37,482 bases of DNA from Candidatus Ventrenecus avicola (GCA_018711945.1 DVHP01000013.1:1-37482), one strand, 5' to 3'; shown: positions 1-9,765, counted from the first letter of the stretch. Notes: generated by a model not told the origin, from the letters alone. Numbers and translations are program-made.

Positions 1-81
1 AAGGCTAACTAATGGCGACTTGCTAGGTCTTACCATGTCAGTTTCCCACCTGACTATATATTAAACACCGAACTGGCGCAC
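1..81 (-). mobile_element. Probable 5' end of a group II intron (continues beyond the window start)
   Basis: Minus strand from 81 reads GTGCGCCAGTTCGGTG...GTCAGGTGGGAAACTGAC-ATGGTAAGACCTAGCAAGTCGCCAT-TAGTTAGCCTT. It has the GUGYG 5' consensus, is GC-richer than its surroundings, and has domain-I-like hairpins. Domain V and any RT ORF are outside the window. Confidence 0.5.
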
Positions 82-101
82 TCCTTTCATTCATTATAAA
101 T

Positions 102-130
102 ATTATACATCAAAAACTTTTTTCATACAA
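102..130 (-). promoter_or_regulatory. SigA-type promoter TTGTAT-17-TATAAT
   Basis: -35 at 130-125, -10 at 107-102, exact 17 bp spacer. Confidence 0.7.
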
Positions 131-134
131 CGTC

Positions 135-174
135 CACTTCAAAAAAACTGGACATGTCCACTTTTTTTGAAGTG
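135..174. repeat. 40 bp near-perfect palindrome
   Basis: CACTTCAAAAAAACTGGACA|TGTCCACTTTTTTTGAAGTG, 20 bp arms with one mismatch and no spacer. Confidence 0.85.
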
Positions 175-301
175 ACTATATAACTATGAAAGAAAAAACT
201 TTCAAAAGGAAGCCTCTAAAACATAAAATTATTTCATTGTTAATAAAATCATACAAAACAGATTTTTTCCAATATCATCTACCATTGAAAAAAGAAGAAC
301 C

Positions 302-2539
302 TTAAGATTCTTCTTGCTCTTTTACCTTTACTAACACTTCACGTGGTTTAGACCCATTTTGAGGTCCTATAATACCTCTTTCTTCTAATAAATCAATTAC
401 TCTTGCTGCTCTATTATAGCCAAAGCGGAATCTTCTTTGTATTAAAGATGCACTAATCTTACCTGTTTGAATAGCAAAGTCTACAATCTCATTGTACATT
501 GGGTCATCGTATTCTTCTGCATCTCCCGCAGAACTACTACTAGAAGAACTAGAACTTAAAGTTGTTGTCAAAGACTCATCATAGCTTGCTTGTTGCTCTT
601 TGCAAACGTATTCAATGACTCTTCTAATTTCATCATCAGAAATAAAACAGCCTTGAATACGGATTGGAGTATTTTCTCCCATCGGCAAAAATAACATATC
701 TCCTTTTCCAAGTAACTTCTCTGCTCCAACACAGTCCAAGATAGTTCTAGAGTCTACATTACTTGCTACACTAAAAGCAATACGAGATGGAATATTGGTT
801 TTAACAACACCCGTAATAACATCGGTACTAGGTCTTTGAGTTGCCACGATTAAATGAATTCCTGCAGCTCTTGCAAGTTGAGTAATTCTCATAATAGAGT
901 CTTCTACTTCTTTCTTCGCAACAATCATCAAATCTGCCATTTCATCGACAATCGCCACAATATAATGCATCTTAGGAGTAGGATTCTCTGGATGACTTTG
1001 ATTTTCTTTTTCAATCATTCGATTATAATCATCGATCTTTTTCGCACCCTTCTCTGCAAACACATGGTAACGTCGGTCCATTTCCGAAACGACTTTTTGA
1101 AGAACCAAACTTGCCTTCTTTGGGTCTGTCACAACCGGGCATAACAAATGTGGTACTCCATTATAATTAGAAAGTTCTACTTGTTTTGGGTCCACTAATA
1201 CGAGTTTTACTTCATCCGGGGTATAACGCATCAAAAGAGACGCGATCATGCTATTGATACAAACCGATTTACCAGAACCAGTAGAACCAGCAACAAGTAA
1301 GTGAGGCATTTTAGTTAAATCCGTACAACGAGGATTTCCCATAATATCTTTTCCTAAAGCAACCTGTAAGCCACCTTTAGCCTCTAGCATTGTTTTAGAA
1401 GCTAAAATTTCTTTAATTCGAACAGACGAAATGGCTTGATTAGGTATTTCAATACCGATTGTACTTTTCCCTGGAATCGGTGCTTCAATACGGACGTCTT
1501 TCGCTGCTAAGGCAAGAGCAATTTCACGGTTAATGGAACTAATCCGGCTAACCTTTGTACCACTTGGCACAACCACTTCAAACTGTGTAACACTAGGTCC
1601 CATATGAATGTCCACGACTTTTCCAGAAATTTGAAAATCATTTAAAACTCTCTCCAAATTCTGTTTATTATTAATTAAAAATTGATTAGAATTGACTTTC
1701 TTAGATTTTTCTGGATTATCAAGTAACGACATCGGTGGAAGCTTGTAATTTGGATTGGCTGAAACAATCGGTGCTGGAGCACTTTCTTCTTTAGGAGTAT
1801 CATGATGTTTTAACTCTTCGACACTGTTTACAATAATCGATTTTGGTAACTCACTATCCTCTTCTACTTGATGTAATCTGCGATCAAGATCTTTTTCACG
1901 TTTGTCAACTTCATCTTCTTCGTGATCCTCTTGACTCTTCTTCTTTAAAGATTTAAATTTAGCAATGATATTATTCAAAATATTTGATAAGTTGACATTA
2001 AAGAGTAACACAACACCAAATAACCCTACAAAGGCAAGAACAATATAAGTCCCATTGATACCAAATAAAGAATCAAAACCAAAGGAAAATACAGCTCCAA
2101 TGATTCCTCCTCCGATCACTATGGATTGTTGCCCAGAACTCGCAAGAGCATTATTTGCCCCGATACTAGCAACACGACTCATATAATTATCAAGGGTTGC
2201 TTGAAAGATATCAGTAGGACGCTCTACCATCGTTGCAAATGTTAAATGACTGATTGTTAAAATAACAATCACCAATAAATAAAAACCAATATATCTTGCA
2301 CTAAAGAAATTTGGAAGTTTTCTTTTGATTAGCATATAAAAACCACAAATAAGCACAAAAATCAAGATAAATGGCCACCATTCTCCCATTAAAAACATTG
2401 CAAACTTTTTAATTAAAGCACCGACTGGGCCAAAACCAAAGCCAATAAGCCCAATTAAAATAAGAACAAGGCCAGTTAACTCCACACTGTAGCCTATACT
2501 TTTACTATTTTCACTTGATGTTTTCTTTTTCTTTGCCAT
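302..2539 (-). CDS. ftsK: DNA translocase FtsK/SpoIIIE
   Basis: N-terminal TM helices, Walker A AGSTGSGKS, IVDEMADLM, ATQRPS, GAEKLLGKGDML and gamma domain (SASLIQRRFRFGYNRAAR). Start moved to MAKKKK at 2539 because of the GGTGA RBS and upstream promoter. Confidence 0.97.
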   Translation of the reverse strand: MAKKKKTSSENSKSIGYSVELTGLVLILIGLIGFGFGPVGALIKKFAMFLMGEWWPFILIFVLICGFYMLIKRKLPNFFSARYIGFYLLVIVILTISHLTFATMVERPTDIFQATLDNYMSRVASIGANNALASSGQQSIVIGGGIIGAVFSFGFDSLFGINGTYIVLAFVGLFGVVLLFNVNLSNILNNIIAKFKSLKKKSQEDHEEDEVDKREKDLDRRLHQVEEDSELPKSIIVNSVEELKHHDTPKEESAPAPIVSANPNYKLPPMSLLDNPEKSKKVNSNQFLINNKQNLERVLNDFQISGKVVDIHMGPSVTQFEVVVPSGTKVSRISSINREIALALAAKDVRIEAPIPGKSTIGIEIPNQAISSVRIKEILASKTMLEAKGGLQVALGKDIMGNPRCTDLTKMPHLLVAGSTGSGKSVCINSMIASLLMRYTPDEVKLVLVDPKQVELSNYNGVPHLLCPVVTDPKKASLVLQKVVSEMDRRYHVFAEKGAKKIDDYNRMIEKENQSHPENPTPKMHYIVAIVDEMADLMIVAKKEVEDSIMRITQLARAAGIHLIVATQRPSTDVITGVVKTNIPSRIAFSVASNVDSRTILDCVGAEKLLGKGDMLFLPMGENTPIRIQGCFISDDEIRRVIEYVCKEQQASYDESLTTTLSSSSSSSSSAGDAEEYDDPMYNEIVDFAIQTGKISASLIQRRFRFGYNRAARVIDLLEERGIIGPQNGSKPREVLVKVKEQEES

Positions 2540-2555
2540 ATCATTCACCATATTC

Positions 2556-2584
2556 ATTATATAAAAGAAAACAAAATAATGCAA
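2556..2584 (-). promoter_or_regulatory. ftsK promoter TTGCAT-17-TATAAT
   Basis: -35 at 2584-2579, -10 at 2561-2556. Overlaps the upstream terminator hairpin. Confidence 0.65.
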
Positions 2585-2602
2585 AACATCTTTGCATTAT
2601 TT
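2574..2602 (-). terminator. Intrinsic terminator hairpin
   Basis: AAATAATGCAAA-5 nt-TTTGCATTATTT inverted repeat with a T-rich tail on the minus strand. Confidence 0.65.
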
Positions 2603-2643
2603 GACATTCATTCCCTGAAAAAAAATTCACAAACGATCACGAT

Positions 2644-2973
2644 TTATAAATCTTTGATAGCTTTTTTTCGCATCTCATCATACAACTTATATAAATATTG
2701 CACATGATTTTCTAAAAAGAAATAATGGACAACATAAAATAATAAGAAAACAATTAAAATTGCAAAAATAATTAAGAAGGTATAGGAAATCATTCCTAGG
2801 GCTAAAAAGACTAAAGCAAAGATTGCAAAAAAGAAAGTGACGAATAGATGAATCAATCGTTCATGCTGGAAAAAACTTATTTTCACAGCTAATTCTTCTA
2901 AATCATTTTTCTCTACTTTCTTCTTCAGTTTTTCCTCCACTTCTTGGGTATAGCTCATCAAGTATTGACGCAT
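2644..2973 (-). CDS. Small membrane protein (2 TM), hypothetical
   Basis: 109 aa ORF with FFQHERLIHL...HYFFLEN segments flanking two hydrophobic helices. GAAAGGAAG RBS upstream. Confidence 0.8.
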   Translation of the reverse strand: MRQYLMSYTQEVEEKLKKKVEKNDLEELAVKISFFQHERLIHLFVTFFFAIFALVFLALGMISYTFLIIFAILIVFLLFYVVHYFFLENHVQYLYKLYDEMRKKAIKDL

Positions 2974-3871
2974 ATTTTTTTCTTCCTTTCTTAAAATGAT
3001 TACATAATAATACTACCACTATTGCTAAAATTATAAAAATCCATAAATCTTTACAAAGCACATTGACCATATAATTCGTAAATTCCTGAGCTGTAACAAT
3101 TTCTTTCATAATCCACTCTTTTATTATGGTACTTAATATAATTTCGACTCCAATAAAAACAAAAATATAGGCATACAGCATTTTTTGTAAATAGAGCCAA
3201 AATTGTCTTTTATGAAAATTACATGCTATTAAAATCACGAACAAGATAAGAACACTAATAACCAAAACAAGGATTGTTTTTGAGTAAGTAAGCCACCCTA
3301 GAAAATGCATAACATCTTGTAAGCGTATTCCATGATAAAAAACAATATTTTCTTCGAATCTCTGAGCTAACAAATTCATCGTTGGAAAAAAATCCATAAT
3401 CACTTTAGAATATTTTTCTACATTATTTTCAATCAGCTGTTTCTGAGTTTCAGTAAAGGGAAGTCCTTTAGCTTCCAAAGATTCCTCTACTACTTTATAA
3501 TTTTGCAGTACCAAAGTTTCAATATCTTCTTTCAATATAACAGGAACCTTAGTTTCATACAAAAAATAATTTAATATTTCTATAGTATACTTGCTCAAAA
3601 AATCTTTTGTTACATCGCTGTTTAAAACATCTTCAATAGTATCGCTTGGAATTCCTATTGTTTCCAAAAAATTTCTAATATCTTCTACAAAACGTGTCCC
3701 CTCTTCTCCAAAAGAATTTAACAAAAAACTAATATCTGTAGCTTCTAAGGTTGCACTTAACTTTTCTTCCTGTAAATTCCATTTCATAATTAAAGAAACA
3801 GTCAAACAAATACTAATAATTGCAAGAAGAATCGTGGCCAAAATAGAAACTATTTTTCGAAACGTTTTCAT
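2903..3871 (-). CDS. Hypothetical membrane protein
   Basis: 322 aa: N-terminal TM, helical extracellular domain, three C-terminal TMs. Confidence 0.8.
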   Translation of the reverse strand: MKTFRKIVSILATILLAIISICLTVSLIMKWNLQEEKLSATLEATDISFLLNSFGEEGTRFVEDIRNFLETIGIPSDTIEDVLNSDVTKDFLSKYTIEILNYFLYETKVPVILKEDIETLVLQNYKVVEESLEAKGLPFTETQKQLIENNVEKYSKVIMDFFPTMNLLAQRFEENIVFYHGIRLQDVMHFLGWLTYSKTILVLVISVLILFVILIACNFHKRQFWLYLQKMLYAYIFVFIGVEIILSTIIKEWIMKEIVTAQEFTNYMVNVLCKDLWIFIILAIVVVLLCNHFKKGRKKYASILDELYPRSGGKTEEESREK

Positions 3872-3890
3872 ATATGCCTCTTTTCTCGCT

Positions 3891-4631
3891 TTAAATAGAA
3901 TTTAATTGATAGGATAAATCATTAATTCTCGCAATAAACGCTTCATAAGTATTATAAAGTTCGTCGGTTGCAAAAGAAATGTATTCTCCTTCCAACTCCC
4001 AACTATCTTGATGATTCGTTAAAAATGTCATTGTATTAGAAACAAGTGCAAGATAATCATCTAAAGTATCGATTAAAAGTTCTACATCTTCTTTGGTAGC
4101 CTGAAAATCATCAGTAATAGACTTTTCAAGTTCCTCTTTAATTGATTCAGCAAAGAACCCCTGAATATCATCAAAATATTCCATAATTTTATCTTGTTCC
4201 AATAAAGAAAGCATCGTCTCTTTTTTCTGTTCTAAATCTTTTCTTGTTTGCTCTACATATGCTTGACTATCCACAAATAAAGGCCCATCTTCTAAAATAG
4301 CATTCGCACTAAGTAACCCTTGAAACTCTGAACTAGATACAATCTTTTCTAATCCTTCTAACTCCTGATAAACATCACGAATATAATTTTTCGTCGCCCG
4401 TTCCAACTCGCCAAACGTACCATCTAAAACTGTTCGATCTGTATAATAATAAACTCTATCATAATCTATAGTATCTCTTTCTACTAACTCCTCAATATGT
4501 GCAAATTCTTGTTCTAAAACCGTTGCTTTTTCTTGTATAGCATTTATAAAAAACACATAGAGCACGACAAGGAATACTAAAACGATGCCAATTCCTAGAC
4601 AAATCCTTTTAAATATTTTCTTTTTCTTCAC
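3891..4631 (-). CDS. Hypothetical membrane-anchored acidic helical protein
   Basis: 246 aa with a basic N-terminus, one TM and an acidic soluble domain. GGGGTGA RBS. Confidence 0.8.
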   Translation of the reverse strand: MKKKKIFKRICLGIGIVLVFLVVLYVFFINAIQEKATVLEQEFAHIEELVERDTIDYDRVYYYTDRTVLDGTFGELERATKNYIRDVYQELEGLEKIVSSSEFQGLLSANAILEDGPLFVDSQAYVEQTRKDLEQKKETMLSLLEQDKIMEYFDDIQGFFAESIKEELEKSITDDFQATKEDVELLIDTLDDYLALVSNTMTFLTNHQDSWELEGEYISFATDELYNTYEAFIARINDLSYQLNSI

Positions 4632-4660
4632 ATTATCACCCCAAAAACTCCTACAATCTC

Positions 4661-5662
4661 TTAATTAAATTTATAAATTTTTTGAGCAATTTTGTAACCT
4701 GGAATAGAAAGAAATCTTGGTAAACATGTCGCTCCAGATAAACTCAATTTGCATGTTTTATACAACATCGGATTTTTTTCCTTTAAATATTGCCATAACT
4801 CTTTTCTTTTTTGTTGATGTTCCTTGGTATTAGAGATTTGTAATAAGATAGTCGATACACTCATCATAATATCAATATAATGAATGAGATATTTTGCGCA
4901 ATTTCGATTTGTATCCCAATATTCATATGGATCATAAAAATCAATCATTAATTTATTGACATACAGTTGTTGTTCAATTCGCTTAATCATTGTTTTCTCA
5001 TTAACAGATTGGTCTTCTCTTCCAATAAAGTAACGATAAAAAGGGGTATTTAAATAATACATTGTCTTAATATAAGGAAGAGGATAATATACAAAAATAT
5101 TATCTACATAAAATGTTTTTTCTGGTAATTTTAAACCTGTTTCTTTTAAAAATTTTGTATTATAAATAACGGAATGCATAAGTAAATAAGCATCTTTTTT
5201 GAATTTGCCTACTTCATCCCAGCCAAAAACTTTATTTTCTGGTAATGTATTCACATATTTAATTTCTTTTTGTTCATGATGTCTTTCATAGACATAATTT
5301 ACAACCATCATATCTACTAAAGTGTTGTCTTTTTTTAACTTTTTAATAGCCTCTAACACTTTTTTTAAAGACGCTTCATCTACCCAGTCATCAGAATCGA
5401 CCACTTTATAATAAAGACCTGTAGCTAGTTCTAACCCTTTATTTACCCCAGAGCCATGGCCACCATTTTCTTTATGAACTGCTCGTACAATATCTGGATA
5501 CTTTTTTTCATACTTATCGGCAATCTTAGCAGTGTTATCACGACTTCCATCATCTACCAAAATAATTTCAACATCTTTTCCTCCAACTAATAAAGATTCG
5601 ATACAATGTTCCATATAGCTTTCTGAATTATAACACGGAACAGCAAATGTAATATATTTCAT
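4661..5662 (-). CDS. Glycosyltransferase family 2
   Basis: VPCYN, LVDDGSRD, NGGHGSGVN and VDSDD motifs. Confidence 0.93.
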   Translation of the reverse strand: MKYITFAVPCYNSESYMEHCIESLLVGGKDVEIILVDDGSRDNTAKIADKYEKKYPDIVRAVHKENGGHGSGVNKGLELATGLYYKVVDSDDWVDEASLKKVLEAIKKLKKDNTLVDMMVVNYVYERHHEQKEIKYVNTLPENKVFGWDEVGKFKKDAYLLMHSVIYNTKFLKETGLKLPEKTFYVDNIFVYYPLPYIKTMYYLNTPFYRYFIGREDQSVNEKTMIKRIEQQLYVNKLMIDFYDPYEYWDTNRNCAKYLIHYIDIMMSVSTILLQISNTKEHQQKRKELWQYLKEKNPMLYKTCKLSLSGATCLPRFLSIPGYKIAQKIYKFN

Positions 5663-5682
5663 AACAACTCTCTTTCTATAAC

Positions 5683-7404
5683 TTAATTATAATAGGAAAG
5701 AATAGAATTAGCAATATTTTCTCCTATAGTACTTATATTTTGCATAATCCACAAAGCATCGTCATACTGGTCATGATAAGCAACCTCAATTAAAGCTCCT
5801 GTTGGTAAAAACTCATCGTTTACTTCTCCAAGCGCCCCATTTGCGTATTTGACACCCCGATCATATGTAGAAACGGCATTTCCTGGATAGATACTCCATA
5901 AATTATTATAAATATTGGTTGCAACCGAAAGAGCATTCGACTGGGCATCATCGACATAGATTTCAATCCCACGTGCTTCGTGACTTGAAGAAGCATTCGA
6001 GTGAATTGCCAAATGAAAATCAGCATGGACATAGTTACTTGTAGCAACCCAAGCATTAATATCCCCACTCGGAGAATTACGATATACCGTCACTCCATTA
6101 TTTTTTAAAGTAGCCTCTACAACATCAGCAATTTTATTCATAATTTCCATTTCAGTCGTAAATCCAGTACTAGCAACTCCATAATTTCCATTTTGATTGC
6201 TTGGACTTAGATAAACTACTAAATTTTTCTCACGAACTTGAAAATTATAAGTATTGACCTCAGAATCATATCGATTATTAGAAACAGCATAAGTTTTAAT
6301 GGTTGCATCACCATTAATAACAATTGGCTCTTTATAAACCATACTATCGGTAGTTGGATCACTACCATCCGTTGTATAATAAATCGTTGTATTTGCAGTT
6401 CTACTTTTTAACTCTACTGCCGTACCAGCCCGAATAAATGTTGGATTATGAGAAACGTAAACCGGATTTGTTGTTTCCTTCGCCCCTATACTTACATTGA
6501 CACTTAAAGTTTCAGCGATCTCAGTATAATCCTCATACACTGCTTCTAATACGATACGATAATCTATATTTTCCATAAAAGCGTCAGCTGGTATTACTAC
6601 AAAATTACCTTTTTTCAAAACTTCTATTCGATTTACCAAATTCTCTCCCATATACAAATTCGCATAAAAATGATTGGCATTTTCTCCCCCTAAAAATTCA
6701 ATAATAACATCATTCCATCTTGTTCGATATCCATCATTTGGGCTTATCAAAGTAAGCTTACCAACAACCGGAGTATTTAAATAAAAGTTAAAGGTACTAA
6801 CAATTCTATCATAACTATTTTTAAGTCTCGCCGTAATACGTCCAGAATATCCTTTTACGACATCTTGAGAAATCACAATATCCTCTCCTGTTACAACACT
6901 TTCGTAAATCTTATTCTGATTATAAAAGAGTTCCACAGTATAATTATCTTGCATATGATATCCTTCTAAATATAACACCATGTCTTGATTCTCTGTAATA
7001 TAATGATCTTGTGTTGTTAAAAACGTTGCATCCTGATAGGTATATTCTAATTTATTTGTGCTTTCTATTTTCTCCTCATTTTTATTATATGCAACAACAT
7101 CAATTGTAAATGTTTCATTATAGTTCGCGGTAAAATTAGTAAGAGGAATCACTTCAGTATCACTTGTAGTTTGATAGATAACTTCATCATCTTTCATAAT
7201 CTTTGCTTCATACTTTGTCGCATGATTAGAACTAGTAACATTCAAAACTAAAGAGGAACCAACACTTTCCACATTAGTAATAGAAAACTCACTTAACTTA
7301 GGATACATAAAACTTTGGTATCCAATCCAAAAGAAAGCAAAATTTACAACAATTAAAAGAATCACCCCAATAACACATAAAGTTCGCTTATATTCTTTTT
7401 TCAT
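5683..7404 (-). CDS. Membrane-anchored N-acetylmuramoyl-L-alanine amidase (Amidase_3-like) with Ig/FN3-like stalk and CHB_HEX_C-like domain
   Basis: N-terminal TM, IYYTTDGSDPT motif, then VYLSPSNQ...E...HLAIHSNA...LIEVAYHD amidase motifs. Confidence 0.85.
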   Translation of the reverse strand: MKKEYKRTLCVIGVILLIVVNFAFFWIGYQSFMYPKLSEFSITNVESVGSSLVLNVTSSNHATKYEAKIMKDDEVIYQTTSDTEVIPLTNFTANYNETFTIDVVAYNKNEEKIESTNKLEYTYQDATFLTTQDHYITENQDMVLYLEGYHMQDNYTVELFYNQNKIYESVVTGEDIVISQDVVKGYSGRITARLKNSYDRIVSTFNFYLNTPVVGKLTLISPNDGYRTRWNDVIIEFLGGENANHFYANLYMGENLVNRIEVLKKGNFVVIPADAFMENIDYRIVLEAVYEDYTEIAETLSVNVSIGAKETTNPVYVSHNPTFIRAGTAVELKSRTANTTIYYTTDGSDPTTDSMVYKEPIVINGDATIKTYAVSNNRYDSEVNTYNFQVREKNLVVYLSPSNQNGNYGVASTGFTTEMEIMNKIADVVEATLKNNGVTVYRNSPSGDINAWVATSNYVHADFHLAIHSNASSSHEARGIEIYVDDAQSNALSVATNIYNNLWSIYPGNAVSTYDRGVKYANGALGEVNDEFLPTGALIEVAYHDQYDDALWIMQNISTIGENIANSILSYYN

Positions 7405-7481
7405 GGTTCACCTCTACTTCCTACCCTATTTTACGTATACTATTTTACACGATTTCACCACTATTTTTCAAGTAAAAGAAA

Positions 7482-7508
7482 AAAGAAGAAAACAATAAAT
7501 TCTTCTTT
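7482..7508 (-). terminator. Terminator after rpn
   Basis: AAAGAAGAA-9 nt-TTCTTCTTT inverted repeat with a T-rich tail on the minus strand. Confidence 0.5.
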
Positions 7509-7563
7509 GCAAAAAATAAATATTATTTTATATCGAACCTCTTCACTACCGAGCTTTGTTATA

Positions 7564-8430
7564 TTAGCTCTCTTGTAATTTTAGGATTTCCTGTCTAGAT
7601 AAGCCAGTGGATTTCATTATCGTAGAGATATCAATGTTGAGATTCAATAAATTCTTAGCGATTTCTATACTACGCGCAATTCGTTCTTCTCTTTTTCCTT
7701 CTTGAATTCCTTCACGTCTTCCATTTCTCCTTGCGATCTCTTCATGTTTTCCAACTAAACTTTTAAATTTTAAAACAGATTCATTATTTACAAATTCTTT
7801 CATTACTTGTGCTAAATTCATAAGAATCTCACTTCCTTCCGCTATTTCTAATCTTTCTTCATTACTTTTAGCATAAATCATTTTCATTAACTTTAATAAT
7901 TTTTCTTTTCTGTTATCATCATAAGCTACATTTTCTATCGTGTCAAGACGATAAATATATCCTTCTACATCTTCAGAAAGAATTTCTTTCGTCTTCTTGT
8001 CCATAAAAAGAAAATCTGTTTCAAACTCAGCGATTCTAGAAACTTGACAAGATTCACAAAAATTATATTGCGTGACTTTTGGTTGAGTTTGGTACTTTTC
8101 ACCGATTTCCAAACTAGTGCCATAGACTCTAGCAAGATAAACTCTACTTTTTGTGAAATCATCTTCTTCAAAAGACGTGTACATTTCAAGGGTTATAAAT
8201 TCATCCCCAACTTTGGCCAAAATATCTGAAGTGATTCCTTTGTCTTTTAATTTGGTCTTTTCTAAGAAAACTTCATTTAAAACAGTGACTTTGCCATTTA
8301 AAGAATGTCTTTCATATCCTTTTAAAAGTTCTAGTAAGTATTCAGTGAATCTAACATTTTTTTGAGTTCCGAAAATCTCTTTAAACATCAAATCACCATG
8401 CAGATTATCTAAGATGCTAATATTAGGCAA
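7564..8430 (-). CDS. Rpn family recombination-promoting nuclease/putative transposase (PD-(D/E)XK)
   Basis: DLMFKEIFG N-terminus, SDILAK...LEMY catalytic region, GRREGIQEGKREE repeats and IAKNLL...STGLS C-terminus. Confidence 0.88.
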   Translation of the reverse strand: MPNISILDNLHGDLMFKEIFGTQKNVRFTEYLLELLKGYERHSLNGKVTVLNEVFLEKTKLKDKGITSDILAKVGDEFITLEMYTSFEEDDFTKSRVYLARVYGTSLEIGEKYQTQPKVTQYNFCESCQVSRIAEFETDFLFMDKKTKEILSEDVEGYIYRLDTIENVAYDDNRKEKLLKLMKMIYAKSNEERLEIAEGSEILMNLAQVMKEFVNNESVLKFKSLVGKHEEIARRNGRREGIQEGKREERIARSIEIAKNLLNLNIDISTIMKSTGLSRQEILKLQES

Positions 8431-8526
8431 TTTTTTTCTCCTTTCTAAGAAGAGTTTTTCTCTTCTATTATAATTATTACGGAAAAAAATTAGATTTCCT
8501 TTTTTTAAGAGAAATTTTTCAAAAAA

Positions 8527-8555
8527 AACTATCTAGTTTGCAAACTTAGATAGTT
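8527..8555 (-). terminator. Intrinsic terminator
   Basis: AACTATCTA-GTTTGCAAAC-T-TAGATAGTT hairpin just after the 8563 stop, followed by a T run on the minus strand. Confidence 0.75.
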
Positions 8556-8562
8556 CTATAAA

Positions 8563-9558
8563 TTATTTCTTTATTTTTTCTTTAGCAAGTTTTTTATTTT
8601 CCTTAGTAAATCCCACTAAGGCATTAGGACATTTTTTTACAATAGTATCAAAAATCTCTTCATAGATTTCTCTACTCTTCTTCGTATAAGTACCCATACT
8701 GGCAATACCATGCATTTTTCCATCATTTGTCATAATCTGAATACTCTGACTAGTTTTAACTCCACGTTGTCTAATTTCATAAGGATAAATCCAAATGATA
8801 TCCTGATACAAAATAGCTTCAAAAGTATTACCAAAGTGAACCACGTAATTCTTAGTCAAAGCTGCATGAGCAGTTTTATAGAAAAATGTTTCTTTATCAT
8901 TTAATTCTTGGTCAATCTTTTGAATATCTTCATTAGACAATTTCTTGATGTTTTTCTTATAACGCATTAACATAACCCCACCACATAATAATACAATCGC
9001 ACCAACGGTAATGACAACAACTCCTATGATAACAAAAACATCCGTTTCAGTTAAAGGAAGCGCTTCCGCATCTAAATAAACATCATTAAAATATCTTGTA
9101 AAATCACCAGAAGTAATCTGATCTTCTTCCTCCATTTCTTCATTATACACTTCAATAGCAATCTCTTTAATATCTTCTGGAATCGTCTTTGTCATTCCAC
9201 TAATACGTTTGGGGTTCTCAAGTAAATCATCTGTAAGAAATGATTCGTAAGTATTATCTCTCATTCTCACAACATACATATAGTTTTCATCAAACACATA
9301 GTAAAAATAATAGTCTTCTTCCCCTTCAAAATAAGCAAATCCATAAGGTTCAGCAGTCACATCAATATAAGCATATTCATCTGTTTGTAAACCACTCTCC
9401 ATTTGACCTGCCAAAGAAATAGCCTCTGGAGAACTATTCTTGTAAACTCCATATAAAATAAACAATATGGCAACAACTACTAAAAAGATTCCTATCAAAG
9501 CCATATTTCTTAATCTGTGATATTCCTTCATCACATTCTCATTCGTAAATCCTTGCAT
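8563..9558 (-). CDS. Membrane protein (DUF6709-like)
   Basis: Two TMs flanking an acidic extracellular domain. C-terminal YQDIIWIY...CPNALVGFTKEN pattern typical of a Firmicutes family. Confidence 0.7.
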   Translation of the reverse strand: MQGFTNENVMKEYHRLRNMALIGIFLVVVAILFILYGVYKNSSPEAISLAGQMESGLQTDEYAYIDVTAEPYGFAYFEGEEDYYFYYVFDENYMYVVRMRDNTYESFLTDDLLENPKRISGMTKTIPEDIKEIAIEVYNEEMEEEDQITSGDFTRYFNDVYLDAEALPLTETDVFVIIGVVVITVGAIVLLCGGVMLMRYKKNIKKLSNEDIQKIDQELNDKETFFYKTAHAALTKNYVVHFGNTFEAILYQDIIWIYPYEIRQRGVKTSQSIQIMTNDGKMHGIASMGTYTKKSREIYEEIFDTIVKKCPNALVGFTKENKKLAKEKIKK

Positions 9559-9723
9559 ATACTCTAACTCCTTTTCTAAAAATATTATATAGTAAGAGCA
9601 AAAAATAATCTACTAAAAACTATGAAATCTGTATAGATTTCTACACTTTCCTTTGATTTCATAAAATAAATGAAAAAAATCTTCTAAAAATAGCAAAAAA
9701 TACAAAGTTTTGAAAAAAAATGC

Positions 9724-9752
9724 TTGCAGATGTCACTTTTCTATGATAAGAT
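9724..9752 (+). promoter_or_regulatory. tRNA promoter TTGCAG-17-(TGn)TAAGAT
   Basis: -35 at 9724-9729, extended -10 at 9747-9752, A-rich UP-like tract upstream. Confidence 0.65.
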
Positions 9753-9765
9753 GTATTTGTTCGTT

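Noticed and set aside
525-570. Poly-Ser tract in FtsK as a phase-variable repeat
   Set aside because: It uses mixed Ser codons and sits in the normal linker before the gamma domain.
302-2539. FtsK as the T4SS coupling protein (TcpA-like)
   Set aside because: It has the N-terminal TM region and gamma domain of housekeeping FtsK/SpoIIIE and lies 24 kb from virB4.
2903-2973. 71 bp overlap between two membrane-protein genes
   Set aside because: Best explained by a lost stop codon giving a hydrophilic read-through tail. There is no evidence for programmed frameshifting.
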